Origin: Tubulanus polymorphus
Taxonomy: Eukaryota; Animalia; Nemertea
Direction of reading: 5' to 3'
Assembly: GCF_964204645.1 (NCBI RefSeq)
Contig: NC_134030.1
Location: forward strand, 12,793,947 to 12,857,946
DNA length: 64,000 bases
In this document: in pieces, positions 1 through 12,429 of the stretch
Layout: every line of letters begins with the position of its first letter
Position numbering within the stretch: position 1 is the stretch's first letter
Notes under the pieces: model-generated
Database searches by the model: none
What the model was told of the DNA's origin: nothing
What the model saw: the letters and a program-made list of their open reading frames with translations, nothing else
Made by a program: the position numbers and the translations under genes

Positions 1-3
1 CAA

Positions 4-3000
4 ATGAGACATAAAATGGCGGACGTGTTAGAACGTATTAGATTACTATCACTAAATTGCAACGGCTTAGTTTACTCGAATGCTCGAATTTTTGGCATTT
101 TTGAAAGACTTAAAAACTATGATATCATTTTACTTCAAGAAACTCACATATCGAATGACTATGAAGTACAAAAAATATTTAAGCCCTTGAGGAAAGATTT
201 TGAAATTATATCTAATATTATAAACGAAATAAAATGTGGGGTAACCATTGGTATTCGAAAATCTTTAGACTATACAATTTTAAATAAGACTGTAGATAGA
301 CAAGGGAGATTGATATCCTTGAAAATATCCCTATTCAGCCAAATTTACAATATCGTTAACATATATGCCCCAAATAAGGAACGTGATAGGAAAATCTTCA
401 TAAGCTATATCAGTAATTATCTTAATATAAACCCTAATGAGCATACAATAATAGCCGGAGACTTTAATTGTATAGAAAGTCCCATAGATCGTGATTCAAC
501 ATCCGTCAAATCATCAATACGTAGTGGTTCAGAACAATTAGCTAATTTATGTCAACAAAACAGATTAACAGACGCTTACAGACTTAAAAACCCAGACACA
601 CCAGCTTTCTCTCGAGTAGCAAAACGCAATAACAACGTCATTAAAACAAGAATAGATCGATTCTATGTATCAGACACTTTACAGCCAGACATAGAACAGG
701 TGAAACATATCAACTCTATTCATTCCGATCACAAGATAGTCGAATTGACAATTAACACTTCTCAAGTCAAACGTGGCAAGGGATACTGGCATCTCAACAA
801 AGAACTACTTAAAAACCCTAATTACATCACTATGATAACAGAATTTTGGAATCAATGGCAAAATCACAAACAGTTTTATGAATCGATTATTGAATGGTGG
901 GAAGAGGGCAAAATTCAAATAAAACAAAGATCTATAAAATTTGCATTAGAACTCCGCAGAATTAAAAACAATCTTAAGAAATCATTAGAATCTGAATTAT
1001 TCATTCTCGAAAAACTTTCTGATTTAGGAGTAAACACTAACCAAAATCAAATTGAATATCTTACCAAGCGTATTCGTGACTTCGACATTGAAAAAGCAAA
1101 AAGTGCAATGATAAGATCTAAAATTGAGTGGAGAGAATTTCGGGAGAAAACAAGTACCTTCTTCGCAAATTATGAAAAACAACGCGCTAAAAAGAATCAC
1201 ATCAGGACTCTCAAAAATAATCTGGGTGAAATTAAAACTGGTCAAAAAGACATTGAAAAAATTCAAATAAAATTTTATAAAGACTTATATAGAAAAGAAG
1301 AAACGGATTTAGGAACCCAAAATCTATTCCTGAGTAATCTACCTAAAATTTCTAATCAAAAGAAACTCTAGCATGACTCCGTAATAGATATCGATGAATT
1401 AACAAATTCAGTCAAATCTTTCCAAAATAATAAATCCCCTGGTATAGACGGACTACCTATTGAATTTTATAGAATATTTTGGCATACTCTCCAAAATGAC
1501 TTTCTACAATTAGTACATGCGTGTATACAAGAAAATAGACTTTCTAAATCAATGCAAACTGGTATTATTTCATTAATTCATAAGAAAAATGACAAAACAG
1601 ACTTGAAAAATTGGAGACCAATCTCATTACTATGTACAGATTACAAAATATTCACAAAAGTTCTCGCTAACAGATTAATTAACTGTCTAACAGACATAAT
1701 ACACCCAGACCAGACATGTAGCGTAAAGGGACGTCGAATTCAAGACAATGGTCATATCATAAGAGACTTAATTGATTACGTTAATAATGATAATTTAGAA
1801 ACATTTTTAGTGACCATCGATCAAATGAAAGCTTTTGATCGTGTTGACTGGCAATATATGTTTAAAACTTTAGAATCTTTCGGTTTTGGAGGAAATCTAA
1901 TTCGGTACATCAAGACTTGCTATTCAAATCCAAAATCCAGAATTAAAAGTAACGGCTTCTTAACTAAACCCTTCACCTTAGAAAGAGGCGTAAGACAGGG
2001 ATGCCATATGAGCGCAATACTCTACATAATAGCAGCGGAACCATTAGCAATTAAAATACGCGAAAACAACAATATCAAAGGAGTAAAACTACCAGATGAC
2101 ACAGAAATTAAAATCAAACAATTTGCAGATGACACTACATTATGTCTAACCGACTTAGAATCATTGAATCAAGTCCTTACAACCTTAACTCTGTTTGAAA
2201 GAGCATCAGGTGCAAAAATTAATAAAGATAAAACTGAGTGTATGTGGATAGGATCTTGGAAAGCTAGAAACGATGAACCTTTAGACTTAAATTGGAAGAA
2301 ATCAATGAAAATTTATGGAATTCATTTCGGCAATGAAAATACTGATGATTTAAACTGGAATCCGAAAATAAATAAAATTCAAAATATCATAAATCTTTGG
2401 CGCCAAACTAAATGATCTTTACATGGCAAAAAGGTTGTCATAAACTCTTTTATACTACCTATATTATGGTACACTTCCGAGATTTTTCCAATTCCAGATA
2501 AATATATCAAAATCTTTGAACCAAAAATCATCAATTTCCTATGGGATAATGGAAAACGCCTTGTCAGTAAAGACATAATACATAAAAAGATCGAACACGG
2601 AGGTCTCGACTTACAAAACATTAAATACAGACAACAAACACAGGCAACTAATTCTGTCTGACCAAAATTTAGATCCCGATGAATTACCAAAAATCTATGT
2701 ACAATTTGGTAATATAGTGTGTACTATAGGAAAACTTTTATCATCTCAAATTTATCGAATTCTATTATTAAAAAATCTCCATCAAATCACACCGATAGGG
2801 CAAACCAAAATTACTGAAATGTTAAATGCTGATCTGAACTGGCCGGAAATTTGGAATGAAGTTTATAATAAACATATTGATAGACGATTTAGTGATATTC
2901 ATTGGAAATTACTGCATAACACTCTGGCAACAGCTTCAAAACTAGTACTTTGGAAAATAAAAACTGATCCAAATTGTAAAATTTGTGGACGCGCGGCAAC

Positions 3001-3817
3001 GAATGACCATGTAGTATTCTCATGCACAGAAGCACAGCAATTATATTCATCTATACAACCAATCATTCAACGCATACTAGACACACCAATAAATATCACT
3101 CAAGACATCGTCTACACAGGAATTACTAAAACAATAGAAAGAGATTTCTTCAAACGCACACTCGCGAAATACCTTTTGTTTCTCGCACAATCCATTTTAC
3201 GGAAGCCCCTAGCCTAGGTGACATACGAGAAAGTTTTTTCACAATTTCGACTTATTAAGTCGAATTTCGACATAATAAGTCGAATTTCGACATAATAAGT
3301 CGAATTTCGTGTTAATTAAGTCGAATTTTGACTTAATAAGTCGAAATTCGACATAACAAGTCGAATTTCGAGTTAATTAAGTCGAATTTCGAGTTTTATT
3401 TTCATGTCGATTTTCGACTTATTAAGTCGAAATTCGACTTAATTAACACGAAATTCGACTTATTATGTCGAAATTCGACTTATTAAGTCGAAATTCGACT
3501 TCTTAAGTCGAAATTCGACTTATTATGTCGAAATTCGACTTAATAAGTCGAAATTATAAAACAAATTATCTCATATGTCACCTAGGGGCTTCCGTACCAT
3601 TTTGTACAAAAATCACTACAATTTAGAACAAGGCTCTGGCCGCATGAACACAATAATTTATTTCAAAAACTCGCTAATAGATCGCCTAAACCAAGAAATC
3701 ATGCTTCAACAAAACCTTCATATTTGGACTCTTAACAATGTACTTATACACCTGGATGCAAACGGACTGAACGTAGTAAACAGAATCACAATCGACACCA
3801 TTAGCGTAGTCTATTAA
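4..3817 (+). pseudogene. Tx1/L1-clade non-LTR retrotransposon ORF2 (APE endonuclease, reverse transcriptase, C-terminal zf-RVT), disrupted
   Basis: APE motifs: SLNCNGL, LLQETH, NIYAPN, AGDFN, RIDRF, SDH. RT motifs: KSPGIDGLPIEFY (read through the TAG at 1369-1371), WRPISLLCTDYK, DQMKAFDRV, GVRQGC, FADD. C-terminal CKICG..NDHVVFSC. In-frame stops at 1369 and 2413, a frameshift or deletion near 2650-2717, and a MITE insertion at 3198-3596. Confidence 0.93.
3198..3596. mobile_element. Non-autonomous TIR element (IS3EU-like MITE)
   Basis: Termini TACGGAAGCCCCTAG...CTAGGGGCTTCCGTA with a perfect 6-bp TSD CCATTT (3192-3197 and 3597-3602). Removing it restores the LINE reading frame (..AQSILYKNHY..). 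The interior is ~20-bp AAGTCGAA(T/A)TTCGAC repeats. TAY..RTA termini with a 6-bp TSD match IS3EU. Confidence 0.8.
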
Positions 3818-4963
3818 TTAAACCCAACGCCTTTTTTTATTACTTACACCTACATATCCCGACTTTGACACTTGAGGTATGTTCTGATTTAGATCGAACA
3901 GGGATGACGGTCTATCAATACGCATAGAACTGTCTGACCACTTTTGCTCTATATCATCACATACGCATTAGTTTATTAGTTTACTGTTTCTGATGTTTTG
4001 ACTGTAAACTCAGTCTCATTGCCACGATAGCTGGAACGCTGCCTCCGTTTGTGACCTTAGGATAGCAAGCTCAGTCTATCTACGCGCAATGGTGACTGGA
4101 AAGTTGCCTCTTGACATCAGTCTCATTAAAAGCTACCAAAAACCTAATCGTGACAATGTAAATAAAACCCGATCAAGACTGTATATATGTAAGTGTACAA
4201 ACATGTATTCAATATTCACGTGTCTGTGCCGCTTTCTTACTGACGGTCTATCAATACGCATAGCACTGTCCGTTTGATTGCGATACATTCACGGACCTAA
4301 CTCACTGTATATTAGAAACACATAACTGCTCCCAGTGTAAAACTTATACTTTTAGGCAAATTCAGCACCAGATGTGAAGTACCAACTGCGCACCCCTTGA
4401 CGGAGAAACCCATCCTCATTGGAGCTGCACCGTCGATGTCATACAACTACACTTCGGATACCCCAGGGCCATACTCTCATCTGGAAAATTTGCGTTTCGA
4501 AATGTGCTTTCTTCCTATCTAGTCAACACGTGGGATCATCAACTTAGAGAACTTCTACATCAACATCTACCCGAGAAAAAAAAACCACAATAAACTATCG
4601 GACTATTTACACGTAGAAAACGACCAAAAAATATAAAAATGGACAAAATGATCTTGTAATATAGCTATTTCCAGAATCTCATTGTATTAAATTAGGCAGC
4701 CAGAAAAATTCATCCCAATCAGTCGCTTGCCGGTTCAGACTGAATGGAAGATTGTTTGGATGAACCGGAACCGAATTTCCAATTATGTACTTCGATTTTA
4801 GAATATTCTGTTAACTCGACCGCCGATCACACATCTATATCTGTACTTCGTTTTCCGATTTCAAAATCAAACCCCCTGTTTCGCTCCCGGCAGGTGTGGT
4901 GGGTCTGTAAGGGACACTCAATCGAAAAATCAAACAAAATTTACCTGCCAAATAAATAAATAA

Positions 4964-6525
4964 TGGGGACAATCCCTATTTTAAGATCAGAATGTCAATG
5001 GCATCATCTACTGCATGACGCAGAGATTCTTTGTCTGTTGCGTTAGCAAGCTACAAAATAGTAACATACCATCTTAAACTAATTTGTGAGAAGGAATTGG
5101 TTGGAACTCGCCAGCGACTCGTAAGCCAATGGCCACCACTATCGGGGCTTGAAAAACAATTCATTCAGTTTTGACACCCAAAGTAGTTTAGTCAACAGAT
5201 TTTATCAAATGGTAAGGCCAAAAAAATAATGCCTTGTTTCTCATCACACTTATGCTTTTTACCATGACGAGGGCGGGCGGTTTTTATTTTTATGTACTTT
5301 TTTTTTTAAAGTAGAAATAAAAAGAACTGTTTGAATGTTTTTGAGATGCGGGAGGTGTCTTTTTATTTTTATTATAACAATGAAAATATCCCTCTGACAT
5401 ATTCTCTTCAGATATGCGGGAGGTAGTGTTTTTATTTCTATTTCACTGGAAAATCACTGCTTTGAACAGATATCAACATCGTGCACGAAAAATAAAAGAG
5501 AAATCGCTTCGAAATGAGAATCACGCCAGAAATCAAACCCGGAAGGCATTTGACATAGGCCTACGGTAACCGACTCCATTGATATGGGTTCGAGTCACCA
5601 GTGGTGCCGATGATATTTATACGATCAACTTTTCTCGATACGTTCACAGAGAAATAAAATGATAAAAAGATGACGATATGCTTATTATATAGATGCGGGC
5701 GGGCGGATTTTAATGTTTATAAAAACACATTTATTTTCGAGCTATGATGCGGGAGGGAGGACTTTATTTTCATCGATAATTTGCCGATAATTTTTCCGAT
5801 GCGGGCGGGATTTCAAAATCATGAGAAACAAGGCATCATTTTTTTGGCCTAAAATATCAATGTAAAAACCTACCGCTTTCATTTTTGCTCTGACATCTGT
5901 GTCCGGTACATCGTCAATTTTAATCTTTGCATATCCTCCACTCACATGTTCATACATCTGTGGGTGGAGGAACTGGGGCAACGGCCCTCCATGTACCACA
6001 TAGTACAACGAGTTTACCAGCAATTATATAGCGTTCCTTATCAAGAGCTACAAAGATATTAACATTGATAGGAAACGACTTGTATATCACAAATCATTTT
6101 GCATATATAACACTAACTATTGGAATCGATCGAGATTGAAGCCACTGGCAAAAGTAATTTGTTTCTGGACAAATATATATTCTTACCTTTTGCATCAAGC
6201 TCTAAAAACTTCTTATTTTCTGAGCCCGTAAACAGATTGCTCCTTGATAACTGTATCAGGGCAAGCCGGAGGAACTCTCTGGAAAGACCACCCGTGTCTA
6301 TACCTTGCTCTCCATGGAATTTTACGCTCAGTAAATTATTAGCACTGAATGATTCACGGGAGAATCCTCTGTATGCCCCATCGAGCACCTTCTCTCGTGT
6401 CACGTTAATCACATTTTTTTGCCGTCTCGGTCAATTGGTGAAGAGAGTCCTCGGAGAACTTCTTCGATACTTGTTGGAATTTGATTTCTGAATAATATCG
6501 TAGGTGTGCCAGCTTGGACAAACCT
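4964..6525 (-). pseudogene. Spliced G2E3-like HECT E3 ubiquitin ligase fragment (3 exons: ~6525-6187, 6047-5874, 5050-~4964), frameshifted
   Basis: HECT N-lobe motifs INVTREKVLDGA..F, SVKFHGEQGIDTGGLSREF, Y.IAGK...VHGGPLP.FL, IDDVPD..V. GT-AG boundaries at 6186, 6048, 5873 and 5051. Frameshifts in exons 1 and 2; exon 3 has a stop and is cut by the Tx1 tail. Confidence 0.75.
5216..5849. mobile_element. Zator MITE, internal-deletion derivative of the 45594-52310 element
   Basis: TIR GGCCAAAAAAA(T)AATGCCTTGTTTCTCAT with TSD TAA (5213-5215, 5850-5852). The left ~245 bp match 45594-45840 and the remainder matches ~51880-52310. Confidence 0.9.
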
Positions 6526-6697
6526 ATGAAAAATGAAAAACGACTGAGAAATATAACGCAACTAGGGATGCACTTGGTGAAATGCTTGAAAATCTGACAA
6601 GTTTAATATATTCAACGCCCCCTGGTAAACAAATGCAGAAATCAATGATCTTTAAACTCACCAAAATCAATCTCAGTGATGTCATGAGCTACATGTA

Positions 6698-6765
6698 CAG
6701 TGGAACCTCGTTACAGCAAACTTCAGGAGACCAGAAAATATGTTCGTTATAACGAGGTTCCACTG
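6698..6765. mobile_element. Tiny Tc1/mariner(pogo)-like MITE
   Basis: TIR CAGTGGAACCTCGTTA...TAACGAGGTTCCACTG flanked by TA on both sides. Confidence 0.7.
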
Positions 6766-6876
6766 TACAATTGATTGTGGTGCCAAAATATGCATAGGCC
6801 TACCCTGGTAGGTACTAACTTGAATAGTCAAATTGTATATAATTTCATTTTCAATCATAATGAAACTTGTCAAACA

Positions 6877-7443
6877 TACGGAAGCCCCTAGGTGACAATT
6901 TTGACTTATTAAGTCGAATTTTGACATAATAAGTCGAATTTCGGGTTAATTAAGTCGAATTTCGAGTTTTATTTTCATGTCGAATTTCGACTTATTAAGT
7001 CGAATTTCGTGTTAATTAAGTCGAATTTCGAGTTTTATTTTCATGTCGAATTTCGACTTATTAAGTCGAAATTCGACTTAATTAACACGAAATTCGACTT
7101 ATTATGTCGAAATTCGACTTATTATGTCGAAATTCGACTTAATAAGTCGAAATTATGAAAGAAATTATCTCATATGTCACCTAGGTACGGAAGCCCCTAG
7201 TTAGTTACCTCATCGTTGGTGGTAAAGCTTTTTATAATCGGATGGGCTTATACCATCTGTGGTTTGTGAAAATATCCGATTGTGAAACTAAACCACAGAC
7301 AGGTTACTGACTAGGAAGCCCCTAGTTGACATATGAGATAATTTTTATAATAAGTCGAATTTCGACTTAATAAGTCGAAATTCGACTTAATATGTCGAAA
7401 TTATGAAAAAAATTATCTCGTATGTCACCTAGGGTCTTCCGTA
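6877..7443. mobile_element. Two adjacent or nested copies of the IS3EU-like MITE (6877-7185 and 7186-7443)
   Basis: TACGGAAGCCCCTAG starts at 6877 and 7186, a CTTCCGTA end at 7443, and the same AAGTCGAATTTCGAC repeat array as 3198-3596. No clean TSD. Confidence 0.75.
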
Positions 7444-7723
7444 TATAGGTGATTCAAAATTAGCGCCAAATTTCGACGAAACCGGAAATTTTTACTACAC
7501 TACTCCCAAGGTCGTTGAGCTTGTCAAAGAAATAAATTTTGTTGCTCAACTTGCAGCGCTCAACATGCGAACAAATTAATACAGGCAGTTCGATACGATT
7601 ATTAAACTTGGATTTGGTTGTTTCTTTTTGCGGTAGGTGCCGATCCGCAGCTTTTTGCTTATCCTGGCTTCAGATCTTCACAATTATTGTCCCATGATTG
7701 CGTAGGCCTAAGTTAGCTATATC

Positions 7724-8499
7724 CAAAGGGGTTTGGCGATGGGCTTGGATTTTATTTCCGGGTTGTTGATAATCTCGCGAGAATGGCGCTAAATATGAAC
7801 TGCGAATAGATTCAAAATATTATAGAAATACCTTGTGTTTATATTGTTTATTTATCCGCTATTAAGTTCCGATAAACAATTGGTCGTTAAGGATCATTAT
7901 CAGACGGTCGTCACGCTACTATATAAAATAACAAGGGATGAAACGCAGTTCAATTCGTGCCAGCCAGAAAGTTGGGACAGTCACGTGACAGTCGCGCTTC
8001 TTATTTGAATGAATGCAAACCCGAAGCATCTAAGATGGAAACTATGATACGAAAAATATTTGAGAATAACTTACATTCAAATGAATTGGTTTTCTATGAA
8101 TTATATATTTGATCACAATTTATTCTTTATAAATTATTAATTTCATATGAATCATAATCTGACAATTGATACCGGTCTGTGAATATGTTAACTTTTCATG
8201 TTAAAGTTTTAAATGTGATGACATCATCAGAATGTCACGTGACTGTCCCAACTTTCTGGCTGGCACAACTCTGAAGGCGTTTCATCCCTTGTTCTTTTAT
8301 ATAGTAGCGTGACGACCGTCTGATAATGATTCTTAACGACCAATTGTTTATCGAAACTTTATAGCGGATAAATAAACAATATAAACACAAGGTATTTCTG
8401 TGATATTTCGAATTTATTCGCAGTTCATATTTAGCGCCATTCTCGCGAGATTATCAATAACCCGGAAATAAAATCCAAGCCCATCGCCAAACCCCTGTG
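7724..8499. mobile_element. Foldback-type MITE with ~265-bp TIRs (P-element-like)
   Basis: Long inverted arms (~7724-7990 and ~8234-8499), CA(A/C)AGGGG termini and a perfect 8-bp TSD GCTATATC (7716-7723, 8500-8507). Confidence 0.75.
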
Positions 8500-8632
8500 G
8501 CTATATCCATAAAAAATTCAAATAGCTCCAATCTTACTGAAAGAAAGCTTGTTGGAATGGGGAGGGCTCAAATAACAAAATGCTTTTAAATTTTTGAATT
8601 ATCTTCAGTAGTTTTTGAGATATCGCAAATTG

Positions 8633-8833
8633 GGTGCGATTCAAGAATAGGGGACTATAGTAATATATGTAGTGATAGTTATCAATTAAGTAATAATATT
8701 AGTAATTGATAATGATGATATATAATGATAGTGATGTATATAGTAATTAATGATAATTAGGGAACTAAACCTAACCCTAACCCTAATCCTAACCCTAATC
8801 CTAACCACTAGTCCCCTATTCTTGAATCTTACC
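8633..8833. mobile_element. Merlin-like MITE containing (CCCTAA)n telomere-like repeats
   Basis: TIR GGT(GC/AA)GATTCAAGAATAGGGGACTA, 8-bp TSD GCAAATTG (8625-8632, 8834-8841), and a CCCTAA/TCCTAA array at ~8770-8805. Confidence 0.72.
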
Positions 8834-9157
8834 GCAAATTGAAGTTTGAAAATTTGAGCGAAAAGTGTCTTCATGTTTCAATACACAAGAAAAACTGTGA
8901 TCTAAGAAGGCAATATTATTATTATTATTAGTTTATTATATCAAAAAAATATAAATTTTTTTTATGATATGACACAATTACATGATAATGTATGGCGGGT
9001 AAATAATTCAAGTATATAAATGCATTGAATAAATAATAACTCAAGTATATAAATACATTGAATACATAATATATACCAAAGGCGATTGAAAGCCTTTCCA
9101 CATAGATTTATGACATACATGGCATATATCTATGTGGTCACACTGTACATAGTTGGA

Positions 9158-9880
9158 TTACCCATTTAATAGTTGAAGCCGAATATTAAAGGCTTTCCTA
9201 AGAAAAGTGGAAAGATTATATAATTTAGGCCTACTACTGCTGGAAATTAGGTGGATGAATTTTTCTATGTTCGGATTTGTCCAGTAAGATCTCGATATAT
9301 AACTTAGTCTTAAACCATAGTATGCAGGACATATTAAAACAAAATGGTACTCGTCCTCGATTTCATTCAGATTACAACATTTGCAAATACGATTATTATA
9401 AGGTATCTTAGGTCTGGCCCAGCGTCCAGTTTCGACTAACAGATCATGACTAGAACATCTAAGCCTTGCAATCTTTGTGCGTACCTCCTTAGGTAAATCT
9501 AGATATGATTCATAGATTACTCCCTTCTTGAATTCACGAAAGTATTTTGCTTTAGATGAGTTTTGTAAAAAAGTATGCCATTGCTGTTTGAACTGATCAA
9601 GCATTCTAACCTCGATTGAGTGCAGGAACCACTTTTTGTTGTCAACTTGCTGGTCTAACCAGAATTGACCATATCCTAGGCCATTTAATAGATCTCTAAC
9701 CAAAGAAGCCCAATTAATTACACGGTGATCACGTATGATATCATCTAACATTTGATTGTACATCAGCTTAGTTTCTCGGGTTTAGTTTTAAGTATATTAA
9801 GCCAATATTTCACAATTAGCATTCGATGCTGAATATGTATTGGATATTTACCAATTTCACTAAATACAAAGTTATCAGGT
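9158..9880 (-). pseudogene. C-terminal part of RTEX-like ORF2 (zinc-finger region)
   Basis: Continues the 16301 junction across the TSD; CxxC...HxxxxC motif; small lesion near 9765. Confidence 0.82.
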
Positions 9881-10972
9881 TAGTCAGCCAGCCAACCTTA
9901 AAAAACTATCCTAAAATTCGACGATCACGGCATTTTTTGTTACAGCTTGGCATCCGGGCTCATTTGATAGCAGAGCATGTGGGCTATCATGTGTGGTGGA
10001 TGCCTTTTACAATTTTTTCGTTTTTTGGCCTACAGGGGGCGTTAAAGTCAGACATTTTGAAATTAAAACATCTTCATTTTCATTCGTCAAGGAAATACAC
10101 TTTAAACTACTTTTGCTAAATAATTCGAATATCTCATCTTAGGTTTGGAGTAATTTTACAATCTAAACCTTTTCTGAGTTGGGGGATTGCAGCGCATATA
10201 GCACAACGTTAATTTTATGCATACGTTCATTTGTTACCTAGTTACAGCAGCAACAATCGTGTAATATTCACTTGAAAATAGCAATTTCATATGAAATATT
10301 CATTTTAAAGGTTATTAGCTCAAATAGTGATGTTGTTAATGTTTTTTGTTGATTATTTTGATATTTCTTTAAACTTACTTATAACTCGTATGTACTTGGT
10401 CAATATCGGGATTAACTGTTTATTGGTTTCTATGGTAACAGCAATTCAAATCTGCGTTCTTCATCCGTCAGGTACCGGTATTTTGGGCGTTGGGTCTTTC
10501 GTGACATTCCAAATGTTCTCAAACTTGCCTAAAGTCTTCGGCCATGTATTGGACCGCTTATTACTACGTCTTGCTAACAATTGAATTGCAACAATGGTAA
10601 CCATTGTTGCAATTGCAGAAAAATCGCGTAATTTGTCCACATTCTTAACGTCACCAATGGATTAATTGAGGATGTGTTAATATAAAACCATATCTAATCT
10701 CTTTTCTTTAAAATTTTGAAATCATTCCATATTCGTTCACGAGTAAATTATAACTAAACGTTGTCACCATGGTAACCATACATTATATGCGTTTATTTGA
10801 AAAAATTCTTTTTTTCCCATAAGATTTTCTCCCATATCTTTTGAACCCTTTCACCGAATTTGTCGAATGAAAGCTCATTTTTGAGGCAATTCCTTGAATT
10901 TTCCTTACTTCTAGGGGATGATACTAGTTAACCTTTAGTAAAACTAATATTCCCTTAACTGCAATTTACTTT

Positions 10973-12140
10973 TTAGCCCACTTGGGACTTTAGTCCCAGC
11001 GGGCTATTGCGTTCACTTTTCGTGACTACTTTTCAGCCGAAAAACTGGCCCTGTAAGAATCAAGATGGCCGACTGTCAGCCATTGTTGTTCGCTAAAATC
11101 AACACTTTTTACACATTTTTGAACTTATTGAGGGAAATTTTGAAGACGCTTTGATCAATTACCTTGATCTTTCGGATGTATGTGAATACCCCCCAGGGCC
11201 CATCAGCATAACAAAAATTGGGTCGATCGGACTCAAGATGACCGTCCTATGACCTTTTTAGTGCCCAAAAATGTCAATTTTGGCCTGAATTCTGAGTGCT
11301 GTAGCTCCCTACTGGTTTGCCATTTCTCATTGCAATTTGTGATGGGTATTCATTGAAAAGGGATGTTTTATACCTGAGACAGGTATTTTTTATCAGCCAA
11401 TTATGACGCAATTGGCGGCCATTTTGGTGTCATCACTACTCATTCGTAGGTGGGAAAAAGTTTTTCCACATTATATTGATACCTAAGCGTATTTTGTTAC
11501 CACAATCAATTAGTAACTTGTAGCTCATAACCATGAGCTCTATGTGTGTTCTATGATTGTGGTGAGTTTCAAGGTCATTGGTTTTTGTATATGGCCACCA
11601 GGGGGCGTTTATTAATACAATATCTTAGTATTTCTATATTATATTCGTATCAATGCATATTTTGTAACCACAATCAATTGCAAAGTTGTAGTTCATGACA
11701 TCATCTATGATTGTCGCAAGTTTTAAGGCCATTAGTTATTCTATATGGTCACCAGGGGGCGTTGAATAGTAGAATAACTTAGTATCTCCTTATTATATTG
11801 GTACCTAGGCATATTTTGTTACCATGATCAATTACCAAGTTATAGTTCGTGACGTGTTCTATGATTGTGGTGAGTTTCAAGGTCATTGGGTTTTGAATAT
11901 GGTCACCAGGGGGCGTTGAATAGTAGAATAACTTAGTATTTCCATATTAAATTGGTAACGAGGCATATTTTGTTATCACAATCAATTACAAAATCGTAGC
12001 TGCTGACATGTTTTATGATTGTATTGAGTTTCAAGGTCATTGGTTTTTGCATATGGTCACCAGGGGGAATATTGAAATTGTAGATTGTTGAGCATTTGGA
12101 ACCACTTCCCTAGTGGGCATGGTGTCCCTGGACCCCTAGT
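10973..12140 (+). mobile_element. HINE/DINE-1-like non-autonomous Helentron, family 1 (4 internal ~154-bp units)
   Basis: 5' TTAGCCCACTTGGGA sub-TIR plus short hairpin, internal ~154-bp tandem repeats, 3' sub-TIR TCCC(A/T)AGTGGG, GTCCCTGGAC hairpin, CTAGT end, inserted in a T-run. Confidence 0.78.
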
Positions 12141-12429
12141 TTATCATTATCTAGGCAGTTTTTGTGGCAACAGCCACATGCAGATGTACAAGTGACATAA
12201 TTCTTTCTGCATTTACAGTTGGCGCGGCTGCAATCAGTCTTGCATTTACAAGAAACCAATTCAGGACATGCTGAACATGCATTTTTGCTTGATAGTTTGC
12301 ACGGGCTATATGACGTTGTAATGCATCTTTCTACTTTTGATATTGATAGGGACTCAAAGTGCCCTTTCTTGCTTTTATGGAACTAGGAACGACTGAATGT
12401 ACCATTTTGTACAAAATTATCTACCTCCT

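Larger units (their letters stand above)
1..4963 (+). mobile_element. Tx1/L1-like LINE including ~1.1-kb 3' UTR and (TAAA)n tail; 5' part lies outside the window
   Basis: ORF2 as above; the sequence ends in aaataaataaataa at ~4950-4963, where it abuts the interrupted HECT exon on the opposite strand. Confidence 0.75.

Noticed and set aside
3240-3555. Regular palindromic repeats resembling a CRISPR array (also at 6900-7400)
   Set aside because: No unique spacers and no cas genes; the repeats are contiguous, lie between TIRs with a TSD, and are in a eukaryotic context.
8770-8805. (CCCTAA)n as a true telomere or fusion site
   Set aside because: Only ~6 degenerate units, and they lie inside a TSD-flanked MITE.
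9826-10584. Small ORFs duplicated at 15608-16283 as a gene pair
   Set aside because: They are mirror images produced by the 1-kb TIRs and have no recognisable domains.
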